A stretch of DNA of 64,000 bases, taken from Eledone cirrhosa. Its lineage: Eukaryota. Shown in pieces: positions 30,101 through 45,100 of the stretch (within the stretch, counting starts at the first letter, position 1; every line of letters starts with the position of its first letter). The translations under genes and the position numbers were made by a program. The stretch is from the NCBI GenBank assembly GCA_964016885.1, contig OZ024740.1, positions 21,204,001 through 21,268,000 on the forward strand, read 5' to 3'. The notes under the pieces are model-generated. The model had not been told where the DNA came from and searched no databases. It saw only the letters and a program-made list of their open reading frames with translations.

Positions 30101-33100
30101 CTTGGACTACATTAGACAATGTACCATTCCTTCTTTCAATGTTATATTATCAGACAGTATATCTTGGACTACATTAGACAATGTACCATTCCTTCTTTCA
30201 ATGTGATATTATCAGACAGTATATCTTGGGCTACATTAGACAATGTACCATTCCTCCTTTAAATGTGATATTATCAGACAGTATATCTTGGACTACATTA
30301 GACAATGTACCATTCCTTCTTTCAATGTGATATTATCAGACAGTATATCTTGGACTACATTTGACATTGTACCATTCCTTCTTTCAATGTGATATTATCA
30401 GACAGTATATCTTGGACTACATTAGACAATAGTCCATTCCTTCTTTCAATATGATATTATCAGACAGTATATATTGGACTACATTAGATAATGTACCATT
30501 CCTTCTTTCAAGGTTATTTTATCAGACAGTATATCTTGGACTACATCAGAAAATGTACCATTACTTCTTTCAATGTGATATTATCAGACAGTATATCTTG
30601 GACTACATTTGACAATGTATCGTTCCTTCTTTCAATGTGATATTATCAGACAGTATATCTTGGACTACATTAGATAATGTACCATTCCTTCTTTCAAGGT
30701 GATATTATCAGACAGTATATCTTGGACTACATTAGACAATGTACCATTCCTTCTTTCAACGTCATATTATCAGACAGTATATCTTCGACTACGTTAGACA
30801 ATGTACCATTCCTTCTTTCAATGTGATATTATCAAACAGTATATCTTGGACTACATTAGACAATGTATCGTTCCTTCTTTCAATGTGATATTATCAGACA
30901 GTATATCTTGGACTACATTAGACAATGTACCATTCCTTCTTTCAATGTGATATTATCAGACAGTATATCTTGGACTGCATTATACAATGTACCATTCCTT
31001 CTTTCAATGTTATATTATCAGACGGTATATCTTGGACTACATTAGACAATGTACCATTCCTTCTTTCAATGTGATATTATCAGACAGTATATCTTGGACT
31101 ACATTAGACAATGTACCATTCCTTCTTTCAATGTGATATTATCAGACAGTATATCTTGGACTACATTATGCAATGTCCCCTTCCTTCTTTCAATCTGATA
31201 TTATCAGACTGTATATCTTGGACTACATTAGACAATATACCATTCCTTCTTTCAATGTGATTTATCAGACAGTATATATTGGACTACATTAGACAATGTA
31301 TCGTTCCTTCTTTCAATGTGATATTATCAGCCAGTATATCTTGGACTACATTAGAAAATGTACCATTCTTTCTTTCAAGGTGATATTATCAGACAGTATA
31401 TCTTCGACTACATTAGACAATGTACCATTCCTTCTTTCAATGTGATATTATCAGACAGTATAACTTTGACTACATTAAACAAAGTACCATTCCTTCTTTC
31501 AATGTGATATTATCAGACAGTATATCTTGGACTACATTAGACAATGTACCGTTCCTTCTTTCAATGTGATATTATCAGACAGTATATCTTGGACTACATT
31601 AGACAATGTACCATTCCTTCTTTCAATGGGATATTATCAGACAGTATATCTTGGACTACATTAGACAATATACCATTCCTTCTTTCAATGTGATATTATC
31701 AGACAGTATATCTTGGACTACATTAGACAATGTACCATTCCTTCTTTCAATGTTATATTATCAGACAGTATATCTTGGACTACATTAGACAATGTACCTT
31801 TCCTTCTTTCAATGTGATATTATCAGACAGTATATCTTGGACTTCATTAGACAATGTACCATTCCTTCTTTCAATGTGATATTATCAGACAGTATATCTT
31901 GGACTACATTAGACAATGTACCATTCCTTCTTTAAATGTGATATTATCAGACAGTATATCTTGGACTACATTAGACAATGTACCATTCCTTCTTTCAATG
32001 TGATATTATCAGACAGTATATCTTGGACTACATTTGACATTGTACCATTCCTTCTTTCAATGTGATATTATCAGACAGTATATCTTGGACTACATTAGAC
32101 AATAGTCCATTCCTTCTTTCAATATGATATTATCAGACAGTATATCTTGGACTACATTAGATAATGTACCATTCCTTCTTTCAAGGTTATTTTATCAGAC
32201 AGTATATCTTGGACTACATTAGAAAATGTACCATTACTTCTTTCAATGTGATATTATCAGACAGTATATCTTGGACTACATTTGACAATGTATCGTTCCT
32301 TCTTTCAATGTGATATTATCAGACAGTATACCTTGGACTACATTAGATAATGTACCATTCCTTCTTTCAAGGTGATATTATCAGACAGTATATCTTGGAC
32401 TACATTAGACAATGTACCATTCCTTCTTTGAATGGGATATTATCAGACAGTATATCTTGGACTACATTAGACAATATACCATTCCTTCTTTCAATGTGAT
32501 ATAATCAGACAGTATATCTTGGCCTACATTAGACAATGTACCATACCTTCTTTCAAGGTGATATTATCAGACAGTATATCTTAGACTACATTAGACAATG
32601 TACCATTCCTTCTTTCAAGGTGATATTATCAGACAGTATATCTTGGACTACATTAGACAATGTACCATTCCTTCTTTCAAGGTGATATTATCAGACAGTA
32701 TATCTTGGGCTACATTAGACAATGTACCATTCCTTCTTTCAAGGTGATATTATCAGACAGTATATCTTGGACTACATTAGACAATGTACCATTCCTTCTT
32801 TCAATGTTATATTATCAGACAGTATATCTTCGACTACATTAGACAATATACCATTCCTTCTTTCATTGTGATATTATCAGACAGTATATCTTGGACTACA
32901 TTAGACAATGTATCATTACTTCTTTCAATGTCATATTATCAGACAGTATATCTTGGACTACATTAGACAATGTACCATTCCTTCTTTCAATGTTATATTA
33001 TCAGACAGTATATCTTGGACAACATTAGACAATGTACCATTCTTTCTTTCAAGGTGATATTATCAGACAGTATATCTTAGACTACATTAGACAATGTACC

Positions 33101-34928
33101 ATTCCTTCTTTCAAGGTGATATTATCAGACAGTATATCTTGGACTACATTAGACAATGTACCATTCCTTCTTTCAAGGTGATATTATCAGACAGTATATC
33201 TTGGGCTACATTAGACAATGTACCATTCCTTCTTTCAAGGTGATATTATCAGACAGTATATCTTGGACTACATTAGACAATGTACCATTCCTTCTTTCAA
33301 TGTTATATTATCAGACAGTATATCTTCGACTACATTAGCCAATATACCATTCCTTCGTTCATTGTGATATTATCAGACAGTATATCTTGGACTACATTAG
33401 ACAATATACCATTACTTCTTTCAATGTCATATTATCAGACAGTATATCTTGGACTACATTAGACAATGTACCATTCCTTCTTTCAATGTGATATTATCAG
33501 ACAGTATATCTTGGACAACATTAGACAATGTACCATTCTTTCTTTCAAGGTGATATTATCAGACAGTATATCTTGGACTACAGTAGACAATGTACCTTTC
33601 CTACTTTCAATGTGATATTATCAGACAGTATATCTTGGACTACATTAGACAATGTACCATTCCTTCTTTCAATGTGATATTATCAGACAGTATATATTGG
33701 ACAACATTATACGACGTACCATTCCTTCTTTCAATGTTATATTATCAGACTGTATATCTTGGACTACATTAGACAATATACCATTCCTTCTTTCAATGTG
33801 ATATTATCAGACAGTATATCTTGCACTACATTAGACAATGTATCGTTCCTTCTTTCAATTTGATATTATCAGACATTATATCTTGGACTACATTAGACAA
33901 TGTACCATTTTTTCTGCCAAGGTGATATTATCAGACAGTATATCTTGGACTACATTAGACAATGTACCATTCCTTCTTTCAATGTGATATTATCAGACAG
34001 TATAACTTTGACTACATTAGACAAAGTACCATTCCTTCTTTCAATGTGATATTATCAGACAGTATATCTTGGACTACATTAGAGAATGTATCGTTCCTTC
34101 TTTCAAGGTAATAGTATGAGACAGTATATCTTGGACTACATTAGACAATGTACCATTCCTTCTTTCAACGTGATATTATCAGACAGTATATCTTGGACTA
34201 CATTTGACAATGTATCTTTCCTTCTTTCAATGTGATATTATCAGACAGTATATCTTGGACTACATTAGACAATGTACCATTCCTTCTTTCAATGTTATAT
34301 TATCACACAGTATATCTTGGACTACATTAGACAATGTACCATTCCTTCTTTCAATGTTATATTATCAGACAGTATATCTTGGACTACATTAGACAATGTA
34401 CCTTTCCTTCTTTCAACGTGATATTATCAGACAGTATATCTTGGACTTCATTAGACAATGTACCATTCCTTCTTTCAATGGGATATTATAAGACAGTATA
34501 TCTTGGACTACATTAGACAATAGTCCATTCCTTCTTTCAATATGATATTATCAGACAGTATATCTTGGACTACATTAGACAATGTACCATTCCTTCTTTC
34601 AATGTGATATTATCAGACAGTATATCATGGACTACATTATATAATGTACCATTCCTTCTTTCAATGTTATATTATCAGACTGTATATCTTGGACTACATT
34701 AGACAATATACCATTCCTTCTTTCAATGTGATATTATCAGACAGTATATCTTGGACTACATTAGACAATGTACCATTCCTTCTTTCAATGTGATATTATC
34801 AGACAGTATATCTTGGACTACATTAGACAATGTACCATTCCTTCTTTCAATGTGATATTATCAGACAGTATATCTTGGACTACATTAGACAATGTACCAT
34901 TCCTTCTGTCAATGTGATATTATCAGAC

Positions 34929-34953
34929 TGCCTAATGTAGTCCAAGATATACT
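34929..34953 (-). repeat. 25-bp contracted form of the inversion (lineage B)
   Basis: TCAGAC|TGCCTAATGTAGTCCAAGATATACT|ATGTACC; both junctions retained and exactly 62 bp shorter. Confidence 0.93.
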
Positions 34954-37284
34954 ATGTACCATTCCTTCTTTCAATGTCATATTATCAGACAGTATATCTT
35001 CGACTACAATAGACAATGTACCCTTCCTACTTTCAATGTGATATTAACAGACAGTATATCATGGACTACATTATACAATGTACCATTCCTTCTTTCAATG
35101 TTATATTATCAGACTGTATATCTTGGACTACATTAGACAATATACCATTCCTTCTTTCAATGTGATATTATCAGACAGTATATCTTGGACTACATTAGAC
35201 AATGTACCATTCCTTCTTTCAATGTGATATTATCAGACAGTATAACTTGGACTACACTAGACAATGTACCATTCCTTCTTTCAAGGTGATATTATCAGAC
35301 AGTATATCTTGGACTAAATTAGACAATGTACCATTCCTTCTTTCAATGTTATATTATCAGACAGTATATCTTGGACTTCATTAGACAATATACCATTCCT
35401 TCTTTCAATGTGATATTATCAGACAGTATATCTTGGACTACATTAGACAATGTACCATTCCTTCTTTCAAGGTGATATTATCAGACAGTATATATTGGAC
35501 AACATTAGACAATGTACCATTCCTTCTTTCAAGGTGATATTATCAGACAGTATATCTTGGACTACATTAGACAATGTACCATTCCTTCTTTCAAGGTGAT
35601 ATTATCAGACAGTATATCTTGGACTACATTAGACAATGTACCATTCCTTCTTTCAATGTTATATTATCAGACAGTATATCTTCGACTACATTAGACAATA
35701 TACCATTCCTTCTTTCAATGTGATATTATCAGACAGTATATCTTGGACAACATTAGACAATGTACCATTCTTTCTTTCAAGGTGATATTATCAGACAGTA
35801 TATCTTGGACTACAATAGACAATGTACCATTCCTACTTTCAATGTGATATTATCAGACAGTATATCTTTGACTACATTAGACAATGTACCATTCCTTCTT
35901 TCAATGTGATATTATCAGACAGTATATCATGGACTACATTATATAATGTACCATTTCTTCTTTCAATGTTATATTATCAGACTGTATATCTTGGACTACA
36001 TTAGACAATATACCATTCCTTCTTTCAATGTGATATTATCAGACAGTATATCTTGGACTACATTAGACAATGTACCATTCCTTCTTTCAATGTGATATTA
36101 TCAGACAGTATATCTTGGACTACATTATACAATGTACCATTCCTTCTTTCAATGTTATATTATCAGACTGTATATCTTGGACTACATTAGACAATATACC
36201 ATTCCTTCTTTCAATGTGATATTATCAGACAGTATATCTTGGACTACATTAGACAATGTATCGTTCCTTCTTTCAATGTGATATTATCAGACAGTATACC
36301 TTGGACTACATTAGACAATATACCATTCCTTCTTTCAATGTGATATTATCAGACAGTATATCTTGGACTACATTAGACAATGTACCATTCCTTCTTTCAA
36401 GGTGATATTATCAGACAGTATATCTTGGACTACATTAGACAATGTACCATTCCTTCTTTCAAGTTGATATTATCAGACAGTATATCTTGGACTACATTAG
36501 ACAATGTACCATTCCTTCTTTCAAGGTGATATTATCAGACAGTATATCTTGGACTACATTAGACAATGTACCATTCCTTCTTTTAATGTTATATTATCAG
36601 ACAGTATATCTTCGACTACATTAGACAATATACCATTTCTTCTTTCAATGTGATTTTATCAGACAGTATATCTTGGACAACATTCGACAATGTACTATTC
36701 TTTCTTTCAAGGTGATATTATCAGACAGTATATCTTGGACTACAATAGACAATGTACCATTCCTACTTTCAATGTGATATTAACAGACAGTATATCTTGG
36801 ACTACATTAGACAATGTACCATTCCTTCTTTCAATGTGATATTATCAGACAGTATATCATGGACTACATTATACAATGTACCATTCCTTCTTTCAATGTT
36901 ATATTATCAGACTGTATATCTTGGACTACATTAGACAATATACCATTCCTTCTTTCAATGTGATATTATCAGACAGTATATCTTGGACTACATTAGACAA
37001 TGTACCATTCCTTCTTTCAATGTGATATTATCAGACAGTATATCTTGGACTACATTAGACAATGTACCATTCCTTCTTTCAATGGGATATTATCAGACAG
37101 TATATCTTGGACTACATTAGACAATGTACCATTTCTTCTTTCAAGTTGATATTATCAGACAGTATATCTTGGACTACATTAGACAATGTACCATTCCTTC
37201 TTTCAATGTGATATTATCAGACAGTGTATCTTGCACTACATTAGACAATGTACCATTCCTTCTGTCAATGTGATATTATCAGAC

Positions 37285-37371
37285 TGCCTAATGTAGTCCA
37301 AGATATACTGTCTGATAATATCACATTGAAAGAAGGAATGGTACATTGTCTAATGTAGTCCAAGATATACT
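37285..37371 (-). repeat. 87-bp in-place inversion (lineage B)
   Basis: Same junctions, TGCC allele. Confidence 0.97.
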
Positions 37372-39020
37372 ATGTACCATTCCTTCTTTCAATGTCATAT
37401 TATCAGACAGTATATCTTCGACTACAATAGACAATGTACCATTCCTACTTTCAATGTGATATTAACAGACAGTATATCTTGGACTACATTAGACAATGTA
37501 CCATTCCTTCTTTCAATGTGATATTATCAGACAGTATATCTTGGACTACATTAGACAATGTACCATTCCTTCTTTCAAGGTGATATTATCAGACAGTATA
37601 TCTTGGACTACATTAGACAATGTACCATTCCTTCTTTCAAGGTGATATTATCAGACAGTATATCTTGGACTACATTAGACAATGTACCATTCCTTCTTTC
37701 AAGGTGATATTATCAGACAGTATATCTTGGACTACATTAGACAATGTACCATTCCTTCTTTCAATGTTATATTATCAGACAGTATATCTTCGACTACATT
37801 AGACAATATACCATTCCTTCTTTCAATGTGATATTATCAGACAGTATATCTTGGACTACATTATACAATGTACCATTCCTTCTTTCAATGTTATATTATC
37901 AGACTGTATATCTTGGACTACATTAGACAATATACCATTCCTTCTTTCAATGTGATATTATCAGACAGTATATCTTGGACTACATTAGACAATGTATCGT
38001 TCCTTCTTTCAATGTGATATTATCAGACAGTATACCTTGGACTACATTAGACAATATACCATTCCTTCTTTCAATGTGATATTATCAGACAGTATATCTT
38101 GGACTACATTAGACAATGTACCATTCCTTCTTTCAAGGTGATATTATCAGACAGTATATCTTGGACTACATTAGACAATGTACCATTCCTTCTTTCAAGG
38201 TGATATTATCAGACAGTATATCTTGGACTACATTAGACAATGTACCATTCCTTCTTTCAAGGTGATATTATCAGACAGTATATCTTGGACTACATTAGAC
38301 AATGTACCATTCCTTCTTTCAATGTTATATTATCAGACAGTATATCTTCGACTACATTAGACAATATACCATTTCTTCTTTCAATGTGATTTTATCAGAC
38401 AGTATATCTTGGACAACATTCGACAATGTACTATTCTTTCTTTCAAGGTGATATTATCAGACAGTATATCTTGGACTACAATAGACAATGTACCATTCCT
38501 ACTTTCAATGTGATATTAACAGACAGTATATCTTGGACTACATTAGACAATGTACCATTCCTTCTTTCAATGTGATATTATCAGACAGTATATCATGGAC
38601 TACATTATACAATGTACCATTCCTTCTTTCAATGTTATATTATCAGACTGTATATCTTGGACTACATTAGACAATATACCATTCCTTCTTTCAATGTGAT
38701 ATTATCAGACAGTATATCTTGGACTACATTAGACAATGTACCATTCCTTCTTTCAATGTGATATTATCAGACAGTATATCTTGGACTACATTAGACAATG
38801 TACCATTCCTTCTTTCAATGGGATATTATCAGACAGTATATCTTGGACTACATTAGACAATGTACCATTTCTTCTTTCAAGTTGATATTATCAGACAGTA
38901 TATCTTGGACTACATTAGACAATGTACCATTCCTTCTTTCAATGTGATATTATCAGACAGTGTATCTTGCACTACATTAGACAATGTACCATTCCTTCTG
39001 TCAATGTGATATTATCAGAC

Positions 39021-39107
39021 TGCCTAATGTAGTCCAAGATATACTGTCTGATAATATCACATTGAAAGAAGGAATGGTACATTGTCTAATGTAGTCCAAG
39101 ATATACT
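39021..39107 (-). repeat. 87-bp in-place inversion (lineage B)
   Basis: Same junctions; 1736 bp (28 monomers) after the previous copy. Confidence 0.97.
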
Positions 39108-42100
39108 ATGTACCATTCCTTCTTTCAATGTCATATTATCAGACAGTATATCTTCGACTACAATAGACAATGTACCATTCCTACTTTCAATGTGATATTA
39201 ACAGACAGTATATCTTGGACTACATTAGACAATGTACCATTCCTTCTTTCAATGTGATATTATCAGACAGTATATCTTGGACTACATTAAACAATGTACC
39301 ATTCCTTCTTTCAAGGTGATATTATCAGACAGTATATCTTGGACTACATTAGACAATGTACCATTCCTTCTTTCAAGGTGATATTATCAGACAGTATATC
39401 TTGGACTACATTAGACAATGTACCATTCCTTCTTTCAAGGTGATATTATCAGACAGTATATCTTGGACTACATTAGACAATGTACCATTCCTTCTTTCAA
39501 TGTTATATTATCAGACAGTATATCTTCGACTACATTAGACAATATACCATTCCTTCTTTCAATGTGATATTATCAGACAGTATATCTTTGACTACATTAG
39601 ACAATGTACCATTCCTTCTTTCAATGTGATATTATCAGACAGTATATCATGGACTACATTATACAATGTACCATTCCTTCTTTCAATGTTATATTATCAG
39701 ACTGTATATCTTGGACTACATTAGACAATATACCATTCCTTCTTTCAATGTGATATTATCAGACAGTATATCTTGGACTACATTAGACAATGTACCATTC
39801 CTTCTTTCAATGTGATATTATCAGACAGTATATCTTGGACTACATTATACAATGTACCATTCCTTCTTTCAATGTTATATTATCAGACTGTATATCTTGG
39901 ACTACATTAGACAATATACCATTCCTTCTTTCAATGTGATATTATCAGACAGTATATCTTGGACTACATTAGACAATGTATCGTTCCTTCTTTCAATGTG
40001 ATATTATCAGACAGTATACCTTGGACTACATTAGACAATGTACCACTCTTTCTTTCAAGGTGATATTATCAGACAGTATATCTTGGACTACATTAGACAA
40101 TGTACCATTCCTTCTTTCAATGTGATATTATCAGACAGTATAACTTTGACTACATTAGACAAAGTACCATTCCTTCTTTCAATGTGATATTATCAGACAG
40201 TATATCTTGGACTACATTAGACAATGTACCATTCCTTCTTTCAAGGTGATATTATCAGACAGTATATCTTGGACTACATTAGACAATGTACCGTTCCTTC
40301 TTTCAATGTGATATTATCAGACAGTATATCTTGGACAACATTAGACAATGTACCATTCTTTCTTTCAAGGTGATATTATCAGACAGTATATCTTGGACTA
40401 CAATAGACAATGTACCATTCCTACGTTCAATGTGATATTATCAGACAGTATATCTTGGACTACATTAGACAATGTACCATTCCTTCTTTCCATGTGATAT
40501 TATCAGACAGTATATCATGGACTACATTATACAATGTACCATTCCTTCTTTCAATGTTATAATATCAGACTGTATATCTTGGACTACAGTAGACAATATA
40601 CCATTCCTTCTTTCAATGTGATATTATCAGACAGTATATCTTGGACTACATTAGACAATGTACCATTCCTTCTTTCAATGTGATATTATCAGACAGTATA
40701 TCTTGGACTACATTAGACAATGTACCATTCCTTCTTTCAATGGGATATTATCAGACAGTATATCTTGGACTACATTAGACAATGTACCATTCCTTCTTTC
40801 AAGGTGATATTATCAGACAGTATAACTTGGACTACATTAGACAATGTACCATTCCTTCTTTCAACGTCATATTATCAGACAGTATATCTTCGATTACGTT
40901 AGACAATGTACCATTCCTTCTTTCAATGTGATATTATCAAACAGTATATCTTGGACTACATTAGACAATGTATCGTTCCTTCTTTCAATGTGATATTATC
41001 AGACAGTATATCTTGGACTACATTAGACAATGTACCATTCCTTCTTTCAATGTGATATTATCAAGACAGTATATCTTGGACTGCATTATACAATGTACCA
41101 TTCCTTCTTTCAATGTTATATTATCAGACGGTATATCTTGGACTACATTAGACAATATACCATTCCTTCTTTCAATGTGATATTATCAGACAGTATATCT
41201 TGGACTACATTAGACAATGTACCATTCCTTCTTTCAATGTGATATTATCAGACAGTATATCTTGGACTACATTATGCAATGTACCCTTCCTTCTTTCAAT
41301 CTGATATTATCAGACTGTATATCTTGGACTACATTAGACAATATACCATTCCTTCTTTCAATGTGATTTATCAGACAGTATATATTGGACTACATTAGAC
41401 AATGTATCGTTCCTTCTTTCAATGTGATATTATCAGACAGTATATCTTGGACTACATTAGAAAATGTACCATTTCTTCTTTCAAGGTGATATTATCAGAC
41501 AGTATATCTTGGACTACATTAGACAATGTACCATTCCTTCTTTCAATGTGATATTATCAGACAGTATAACTTTGACTACATTAAACAAAGTACCATTCCT
41601 TCTTTCAATGTGATATTATCAGACAGTATATCTTGGACTACATTAGACAATGTACCGTTCCTTCTTTCAATGTGATATTATCAGACAGTATATCTTGGAC
41701 TACATTAGACAATGTACCATTCCTTCTTTCAATGGGATATTATCAGACAGTATATCTTGGACTACATTAGACAATATACCATTCCTTCTTTCAATGTGAT
41801 ATTATCAGACAGTATATCTTGGACTACATTAGACAATGTACCATTCCTTCTTTCAATGTTATATTATCAGACAGTATATCTTGGACTACATTAGACAATG
41901 TACCTTTCCTTCTTTCAATGTGATATTATCAGACAGTATATCTTGGACTTCATTAGACAATGTACCATTCCTTCTTTCAATGTGATATTATCAGACAGTA
42001 TATCTTGGACTACATTAGACAATGTACCATTCCTTCTTTAAATGTGATATTATCAGACAGTATATCTTGGACTACATTAGACAATGTACCATTCCTTCTT

Positions 42101-45100
42101 TCAATGTGATATTATCAGACAGTATATCTTGGACTACATTTGACATTGTACCATTCCTTCTTTCAATGTGATATTATCAGACAGTATATCTTGGACTACA
42201 TTAGACAATAGTCCATTCCTTCTTTCAATATGATATTATCAGACAGTATATATTGGACTACATTAGATAATGTACCATTCCTTCTTTCAAGGTTATTTTA
42301 TCAGACAGTATATCTTGGACTACATCAGAAAATGTACCATTACTTCTTTCAATGTGATATTATCAGACAGTATATCTTGGACTACATTTGACAATGTATC
42401 GTTCCTTCTTTCAATGTGATATTATCAGACAGTATATCTTGGACTACATTAGATAATCTACCATTCCTTCTTTCAAGGTGATATTATCAGACAGTATATC
42501 TTGGACTACATTAGACAATGTACCATTCCTTCTTTCAACGTCATATTATCAGACAGTATATCTTCGACTACGTTAGACAATGTACCATTCCTTCTTTCAA
42601 TGTGATATTATCAAACAGTATATCTTGGACTACATTAGACAATGTATCGTTCCTTCTTTCAATGTGATATTATCAGACAGTATATCTTGGACTACATTAG
42701 ACAATGTACCATTCCTTCTTTCAATGTGATATTATCAGACAGTATATCTTGGACTGCATTATACAATGTACCATTCCTTCTTTCAATGTTATATTATCAG
42801 ACGGTATATCTTGGACTACATTAGACAATATACCATTCCTTCTTTCAATGTGATATTATCACACAGTATATCTTGGACTGCATTAGACAATGTACCATTC
42901 CTTCTTTCAATGTGATATTATCAGACAGTATATCTTGGACTACATTATGCAATGTACCCTTCCTTCTTTCAATCTGATATTATCAGACTGTATATCTTGG
43001 ACTACATTAGACAATATACCATTCCTTCTTTCAATGTGATTTATCAGACAGTATATATTGGACTATATTAGACAATGTATCGTTCCTTCTTTCAATGTGA
43101 TATTATCAGACAGTATATCTTGGACTACATTAGAAAATGTACCATTCTTTCTTTCAAGGTGATATTATCAGACAGTATATCTTCGACTACATTAGACAAT
43201 GTACCATTCCTTCTTTCAATGTGATATTATCAGACAGTATATCTTGGACTACATTAGACAATGTACCGTTCCTTCTTTCAATGTGATATTATCAGACAGT
43301 ATATCTTGGACTACATTAGACAATGTACCATTCCTTCTTTCAATGGGATATTATCAGACAGTATATCTTGGACTACATTAGACAATATACCATTCCTTCT
43401 TTCAATGTGATATTATCAGACAGTATATCTTGGACTACATTAGACAATGTACCATTCCTTCTTTCAATGTTATATTATCAGACAGTATATCTTGGACTAC
43501 ATTAGACAATGTACCTTTCCTTCTTTCAATGTGATATTATCAGACAGTATATCTTGGACTTCATTAGACAATGTACCATTCCTTCTTTCAATGTGATATT
43601 ATCAGACAGTATATCTTGGACTACATTAGACAATGTACCATTCCTTCTTTAAATGTGATATTATCAGACAGTATATCTTGGACTACATTAGACAATGTAC
43701 CATTCCTTCTTTCAATGTGATATTATCAGACAGTATATCTTGGACTACATTTGACATTGTACCATTCCTTCTTTCAATGTGATATTATCAGACAGTATAT
43801 CTTGGACTACATTAGACAATAGTCCATTCCTTCTTTCAATATGATATTATCAGACAGTATATCTTGGACTACATTAGATAATGTACCATTCCTTCTTTCA
43901 AGGTTATTTTATCAGACAGTATATCTTGGACTACATTAGAAAATGTACCATTACTTCTTTCAATGTGATATTATCAGACAGCATATCTTGGACTACATTT
44001 GACAATGTATCGTTCCTTCTTTCAATGTGATATTATCAGACTGTATACCTTGGACTACATTAGATAATGTACCATTCCTTCTTTCAAGGTGATATTATCA
44101 GACAGTATATCTTGGACTACATTAGACAATGTACCATTCCTTCTTTGAATGGGATATTATCAGACAGTATATCTTGGACTACATTAGACAATATACCATT
44201 CCTTCTTTCAATGTGATATAATCAGACAGTATATCTTGGCCTACATTAGACAATGTACCATTCCTTCTTTCAAGGTGATATTATCAGACAGTATATCTTA
44301 GACTACATTAGACAATGTACCATTCCTTCTTTCAAGGTGATATTATCAGACAGTATATCTTGGACTACATTAGACAATGTACTATTCCTTCTTTCAAGGT
44401 GATATTATCAGACAGTATATCTTGGGCTACATTAGACAATGTACCATTCCTTCTTTCAAGGTGATATTATCAGACAGTATATCTTGGACTACATTAGACA
44501 ATGTACCATTCCTTCTTTCAATGTTATATTATCAGACAGTATATCTTCGACTACATTAGACAATATACCATTCCTTCTTTCATTGTGATATTATCAGACA
44601 GTATATCTTGGACTACATTAGACAATGTATCATTACTTCTTTCAATGTCATATTATCAGACAGTATATCTTGGACTACATTAGACAATGTACCATTCCTT
44701 CTTTCAATGTTATATTATCAGACAGTATATCTTGGACAACATTAGACAATGTACCATTCTTTCCTTCAAGGTGATATTATCAGACAGTATATCTTAGACT
44801 ACATTAGACAATGTACCATTCCTTCTTTCAAGGTGATATTATCAGACAGTATATCTTGGACTACATTAGACAATGTACCATTCCTTCTTTCAAGGTGATA
44901 TTATCAGACAGTATATCTTGGGCTACATTAGACAATGTACCATTCCTTCTTTCAAGGTGATATTATCAGACAGTATATCTTGGACTACATTAGACAATGT
45001 ACCATTCCTTCTTTCAATGTTATATTATCAGACAGTATATCTTCGACTACATTAGCCAATATACCATTACTTCTTTCATTGTGATATTATCAGACAGTAT

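Larger units (their letters stand above)
19828..38160 (+). repeat. Higher-order duplication, offset 10291 then 10229 bp (about 19828-27930 vs about 30119-38160)
   Basis: 20572/30863 and 24043/34334 (+10291); 24725/34954 and 27515/37744 (+10229, after the contracted inversion). Confidence 0.88.
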
